DNA of 63,717 nucleotides, filler included, from Globobulimina sp. (Eukaryota): the NCBI GenBank assembly GCA_003354225.1. It is 39 parts of 39 records of this genome, joined end to end, with 100 filler letters (N's around TTAATTAATTAA, not from the genome) between each part and the next. Parts side by side here need not be neighbours in the genome. Positions count along the whole stretch, not along the records: positions 58,913 to 60,447 come from PIVH01015167.1; positions 60,548 to 62,082 come from PIVH01015168.1; positions 62,183 to 63,717 come from PIVH01015169.1; 36 more parts are not named here. One strand, written 5' to 3'. Below are positions 58,813 through 63,717 of the stretch, piece by piece (the stretch's first letter is position 1; each line of letters begins with the position of its first letter). The translations under genes and the position numbers were made by a program. The notes beneath the pieces were generated by a model that saw only the letters and a program-made list of their open reading frames with translations, did no database searches and was not told the origin of the DNA.

Positions 58813-59952
58813 NNNNNNNNNNNNNNNNNNNNNNNNNNNNNNNNNNNNNNNNNNNNTTAATTAATTAANNNNNNNNNNNNNNNNNNNNNNNNNNNNNNNN
58901 NNNNNNNNNNNNTTTTTTCTTTTCCAAATAAATCCAACTAGTTCCATATTAAGTAAACAAAACCCATGGGAAGCACAAAAAATTCGCTTTTCCCAAGGGT
59001 ATAAATACATACTTATTCCCAGAAATAGATTATATATTTAACGCCATCAACTCTGAGACACGAACTTATTTTAATCGTAGCCGAAATATCATATTGTCGA
59101 TAGCCAAGAGACAATAAAGCCAACACAATGAAATCGCTCAACAATGTCGTTAATAAGCAGACAGTTTTAAATAAAACAAACACGAAACTAGGCGATTTAT
59201 TCTTCAAAGTGTTCACAGACATTATGAACGAAAACAACGTCCAATTTCCCATTCTCAAAAACAAAAAAGAAAACGTAATCTATAATGAAAAATTACAACG
59301 AAAACTAAAACAACAACAACAAAATATGGCTACAGTAACAAAATATGGCTAACAAAAACAGCAACATTCCATCCATGCAATCCATGCATACGCCGTATTT
59401 ATCAAATACCACACACTCCGCACATTTCAGGGCTGTACAACGACCAACTTAATGATCAGTTGCAACCAAAGTGTTACATTAAATATGTGTTTTGTATTGT
59501 TTTGTTTTTTGTCCCATGAAACTAATCAAAAAGTGCGAAACCATAAATATGAAGATTATAAATTATGGCAAAATTCACTGTATAGTCATTTTTTTTTGGT
59601 AAAACATTGTAAGCGCCAAGGCCCCCTCCCCAAGGAAAACAGAAAAATAAAATCGAGGTGGAATAGATTAATTATTACAAATTATGGCACTTAAAAAAAA
59701 TCACGCACACTATATGTGTTGCAACATCATATTAATACAAATCCGTTACAAATCACATACAAAAAAAAATAAACCTAACCAAAGATACATACATATAAAT
59801 ATAAAAAAAACAAAAATCGTGCACAGACATAATAAAATGCCATAACCGCCACTAAATATAAAACCCACACAAAAAAAGTCGCAATTGGGTGCTTATTAAG
59901 AGACAGAAAAATGCAAAAATACAAAAATAAACATGATGATAACACAACAACA

Positions 59953-60447
59953 TCAAACAAGTAAAGGTTGGTACTCTTCATTATCATGAACCACTCGAAT
60001 CGATGCATATTCATCAACGCCATCACCACCATCATGCATAATATCGTCTTCGTCTCTTACTGAAATACTGGCAGTTTTTGATCGCGAACAATGCCAAATT
60101 CCACACCCAACAGCCACCACACACACTAATATTCCATTTATCACAATCATCCAAATCCAGCCGGTTTTGGCAAACTTACTCTTCACTCTCTTCGCGCCGG
60201 ATATATCTATCGGATGCTCCAAAGCATGCGCATAATCCGAGTACAACAACTCATTATATTCCGGACATTTGTAGTCCCAGTCTCCTTTACATAATTGCTT
60301 TTTTACCTGCAATGCATGCTCACTGTACGCAAACGCCTCTCTGCGAATTGTCTGCAAACACTGATTCTCCGCCACACCGTCATACCCCAACATCTCATCT
60401 AGCGTCAAATTCGACGTCTTACCTATTTCGTTTTTGATTGGTTGCAT
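59953..60447 (-). CDS. C-terminal fragment of a type I membrane protein
   Basis: Cys-containing ectodomain end, a TM helix, and tail EEYQPLLV. Confidence 0.5.
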   Translation of the reverse strand: MQPIKNEIGKTSNLTLDEMLGYDGVAENQCLQTIRREAFAYSEHALQVKKQLCKGDWDYKCPEYNELLYSDYAHALEHPIDISGAKRVKSKFAKTGWIWMIVINGILVCVVAVGCGIWHCSRSKTASISVRDEDDIMHDGGDGVDEYASIRVVHDNEEYQPLLV

Positions 60448-60547
60448 NNNNNNNNNNNNNNNNNNNNNNNNNNNNNNNNNNNNNNNNNNNNTTAATTAAT
60501 TAANNNNNNNNNNNNNNNNNNNNNNNNNNNNNNNNNNNNNNNNNNNN

Positions 60548-60867
60548 CGTCGATCAATATTACCAAATTAGATGTGTTTGACTCATTTGATAAGATTGAG
60601 ATTGGCAAATCTTATGTTGTGGATGGGGAAAGGTTGGCGGTTGGGACCATGCCCAGTACTTTGGATGAATTGGGAAAGATTCAAGTTGAATATGAGACAT
60701 TGCCGGGATGGAATACGAGCATTGCAAAGTGTAAGACATATAACGAATTGCCGGAGAATGCGAAAAAATATATTGAAAGGGTTGAGGAGTTGACACAAAT
60801 ACCTGTGTCTTGGATCGGTGTGGGAGCGGACAGAAATGAGATGATTGGTAAAGGATTTGATATATAG
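60548..60867 (+). CDS. ADSS: Adenylosuccinate synthetase, C-terminal fragment
   Basis: ITKLDVFD, YETLPGW, LPENAKKYIERVEEL...WIGVG..R. Confidence 0.92.
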
Positions 60868-61045
60868 CTTAACATTGTTGTCATTTGCGTGATCAAATTG
60901 TTTGGATTACTTGTTTTTTGTCGAATAACTTGATTTTAGCGCTCGGTTTTTGTGATTACTGAGTGTTTTTGCAGTCAAGTGCAAGGATGATGTTTATATA
61001 ATATTCATGTCTGAAAAGCGTCAAAGCGATCGTTGACATATATAT

Positions 61046-61954
61046 TTATAGTATATATGGCGAGTTAAAATAAGTAGGATTCGTCAATGGATGCAACAAT
61101 GCAATAAATCCGGTTAAACCCATAATATAAGCAATAGCATTGACAATATCCCGAACTGAAGTGGTTTTATAATTTTTCCGATTTGTAATGAATGTGAATG
61201 GAGGAAATCCCATGCAATTACACCAAATGTGCATCAACATCGCAGCAAATACATTGCCAGTTCTTATAAATATAATCGATGCTAATATGCCAAATATCGA
61301 AGTATAAAACAATTGAAACATGACATTTAAACATGCCACGGAGGCACTGGCTCCATGTTGATGTTGCAATTGATAATAAATATGATGTGCATGACTCAAA
61401 CCAAATAATAATGGTGGTATCACAATGCATAACCAATATGGCAATTTTCCATAAAATAAGCAACTAATTACACATCCGCGATATACCCATTCTTCACAAA
61501 TGGGCCCAACTAATAATCCACGAACAATTAATAACGATGTTGAATAGTTCCTTGTTGTGAATTGTTGGAAATGATATGGATTTTCAACCAATGGACCAAG
61601 GAATAATATAATCATTAAAATTAATGTATAAAATATTGAAATTGTAAAATTATCAAAGTTTGCTCCAATTGATTTCCAATATTGATAAGATCCTAAAATC
61701 ATAATAGGATTAGATATCACTTTACCGTTTGATTGCAATATTTTACAATAAAATGTTATAATTATTGGTGCCAGAATACAAACAAAAGTGACAGATATTA
61801 TTCTTTGTTTAATTACCAACGTGTTATTCCTATCCGATACATTATATTTGCATAATCCCCAAATGTACAAACTTCCAACAAATATCACTGACAATAAACT
61901 TGATAATAAACACGCTTCCACTGACGATAAATCATACGTTACTCTTGACGACAT
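61046..61954 (-). CDS. RCE1: CAAX prenyl protease 2
   Basis: FVGSLYIW, DRN...IKQR, FLGPL, VGPICEEWVYRG, FGLSHAHH, FQLFYTSIFG, HIWCNCMGFP. Confidence 0.92.
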   Translation of the reverse strand: MSSRVTYDLSSVEACLLSSLLSVIFVGSLYIWGLCKYNVSDRNNTLVIKQRIISVTFVCILAPIIITFYCKILQSNGKVISNPIMILGSYQYWKSIGANFDNFTISIFYTLILMIILFLGPLVENPYHFQQFTTRNYSTSLLIVRGLLVGPICEEWVYRGCVISCLFYGKLPYWLCIVIPPLLFGLSHAHHIYYQLQHQHGASASVACLNVMFQLFYTSIFGILASIIFIRTGNVFAAMLMHIWCNCMGFPPFTFITNRKNYKTTSVRDIVNAIAYIMGLTGFIALLHPLTNPTYFNSPYIL

Positions 61955-62182
61955 GCCACGGATGTACTTAAAGTGAAAAACCGTTTAAATAAACCTTTTG
62001 TGGGATTTCATATTTGTGAATGAATCGCTTCAAGGAAGAGAATATCGACCTTTGCAATCTGTTTTGCAAACTCAAACAAATGNNNNNNNNNNNNNNNNNN
62101 NNNNNNNNNNNNNNNNNNNNNNNNNNTTAATTAATTAANNNNNNNNNNNNNNNNNNNNNNNNNNNNNNNNNNNNNNNNNNNN

Positions 62183-62419
62183 GAAAGTGTGGCTGTTGTT
62201 TAACTCATCTTTTTGAAATAAACGTAAGTTCAGATATTTCTGACCACCAATAATTCGTTCAGGGGTTACATCAGTAACTGTTGCTTCCAACGTTGTTTTT
62301 TGGATAAAAGGACTCAAATTTTCAATGCGATCTATTTGTTGCTTGTTTGAATTGGATTTTTTGCGTTTTTTGGATGATCCATTGCTTTTCTTACTTTGTT
62401 GTCGTCGTCTTTTTGACAT
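62183..62419 (-). CDS. Possible RPA1-like OB-fold protein, N-terminus
   Basis: Basic NLS-like start, then IENLSPF....LEATVTD...R, resembling the RPA70 DBD-A start. Confidence 0.4.
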
Positions 62420-62786
62420 TGTAAATCAACAATTAGTTGTAAATCAATTCAAATAAATCTCAGATTGAGATATAAAGAAATAAAATAAATTTAAATTCGT
62501 ATCTCCGACATTCGAATTTGCATAATCAAATGGACATTGTTTATTCGTAATATTGCAGCTACATTGATATACAATTGGAATATTAAAACATTACACAAAG
62601 TCATATTCAATCACATCAAATATTCTTACAAAAACTAAATGAAATGGATAAACCGCTAATGATTTGAATTCACTGAAACAAAGTATTCAATTTGCTCGAT
62701 GTACTAAATTTATAAACAACGTTAAATTAATGCATGCTATATTTATTAAATCAATATCATGATAAAACACAATAAATTAAAAATGC

Positions 62787-63510
62787 TTACATAAGAATAT
62801 CAAACAAATCATCGGAACTTTCTTCATCATCATTAACAGTGTCAATATCTTCATCCGTACATGAGTTTGGTGTGTGGATTGAATCACCTTGCCCATTTGA
62901 ATCATCGGTATACTTATTTAATGCTTGTCGATGGACAATATTTTTCGTATATACCCCTTCATAACCATCAAAGATTCCTTGTTTTGGAGTATTTTCAACT
63001 AATATTTTTATCCCATCTGGATTATCAGGTCTGGATAATGAAACATAACTGACCATGACTAAACACAGGAATATGCAAATATAAACCTAATTGTTTTAAC
63101 GTCTGGCCTTGCGATTTGTTACAAGTAATAGCAAATGCCAATTGGATGGGATACTTGACACGTTGAAAAGGCATAAATAATTTATCCGAATCCTGATTCA
63201 ACGGAATACGATGAATAAATGCTAACTGATCACATTTGGATCCATTAATCAAACGGCATACAATAACATTTTGTAATATTTTTTCAACAACCATTCGTGT
63301 GCCATTACATAACCCGTTACGTGGTGCAATATTTCGTAATAAAATGACAGGCGCATACGTTTTTATTCTCAATTTATGTAGTGGAAAGCCTCCTGTATTG
63401 TAATCATTTAAGCGTTCAGCAGGATAATCCCACGCATGCACGTCCTCAATCACTTTATCGTCACTCAACTTTTCAATCACATCGCCTGGAAGTTTTTTAA
63501 GTCGGCGTTT
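62787..63510 (-). mobile_element. Helitron-type Pif1 helicase C-terminus, frameshifted
   Basis: LPGD, PLHKLRIK..APVILLRN...GLCNGTR, YPIQLAFAITCNKSQGQTL, VFSHGQL, 2-nt frameshift, then YVSLSR and TKNIV. Confidence 0.8.
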
Positions 63511-63678
63511 ATTTTATGCGAAAATGCGTGATTGTGTAATGTAATCAAATTAAAATAATGTCAGCTGCTCAAACATGAACAAAACACATGCAAATACAAT
63601 AGAGAAATGCCTTTAACTTTTTTTATAACTTTTATTACTCTCAAGTATCAACTTTGAATTCTCTTTTTCTCTCTTTTT

Positions 63679-63710
<32 letters not shown>

Positions 63711-63717
63711 TTTTTTT

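Noticed and set aside
1539-62182. Regularly spaced TTAATTAATTAA as a CRISPR-like or biological repeat
   Set aside because: Always embedded in fixed N runs, with stops in all frames. It is a concatenation linker.
1-63717. Operon or gene-cluster interpretation across contigs, such as ART genes with viral genes
   Set aside because: Contigs are ordered by length, so neighbours across spacers are unlinked.
63660-63717. Poly(T) as a retroelement tail
   Set aside because: Low-complexity contig end with no associated element or target-site duplication visible.
1-63717. tRNA, rRNA or other structured RNA genes
   Set aside because: None recognised by eye. A covariance-model search would be needed to exclude them.

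Overview
This is not a contiguous locus. It is 39 unrelated contigs of 1535-1538 bp, sorted by length and joined by 38 artificial 100-nt spacers (N44-TTAATTAATTAA-N44), so adjacency across spacers has no biological meaning. Most contigs come from an AT-rich eukaryote with the standard code and short GT-AG introns (mostly about 55-70 nt). The ubiquitin variant and the gene families suggest a foraminiferan (Rhizaria), probably a whole-genome-amplified library (inference). Mixed in are bacterial pieces (MetY, multiheme cytochrome c, DUF1566 protein plus peptide ABC ATPase), a phage fragment, a giant-virus contig, a TVpol-type primase-polymerase and a decayed Helitron. At least three contigs look like eukaryote/prokaryote chimeras. 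The standout is 42558-44093, a polyprotein of intein-like Hint domain, near-canonical ubiquitin, two divergent ubiquitin-like domains and the start of an ADP-ribosyltransferase (ART). Its Hint domain seems to keep only the C-terminal cleavage residues. ART-like genes are unusually frequent in the window: PUB-ART and other H-S-E-type members, an ankyrin-ART and a possible bacterial-toxin-like domain. There is also a membrane-anchored ankyrin-G-alpha fusion lacking the catalytic Arg, and a 940-bp diverged palindrome. All family assignments are from motif recognition by eye; no searches were run.
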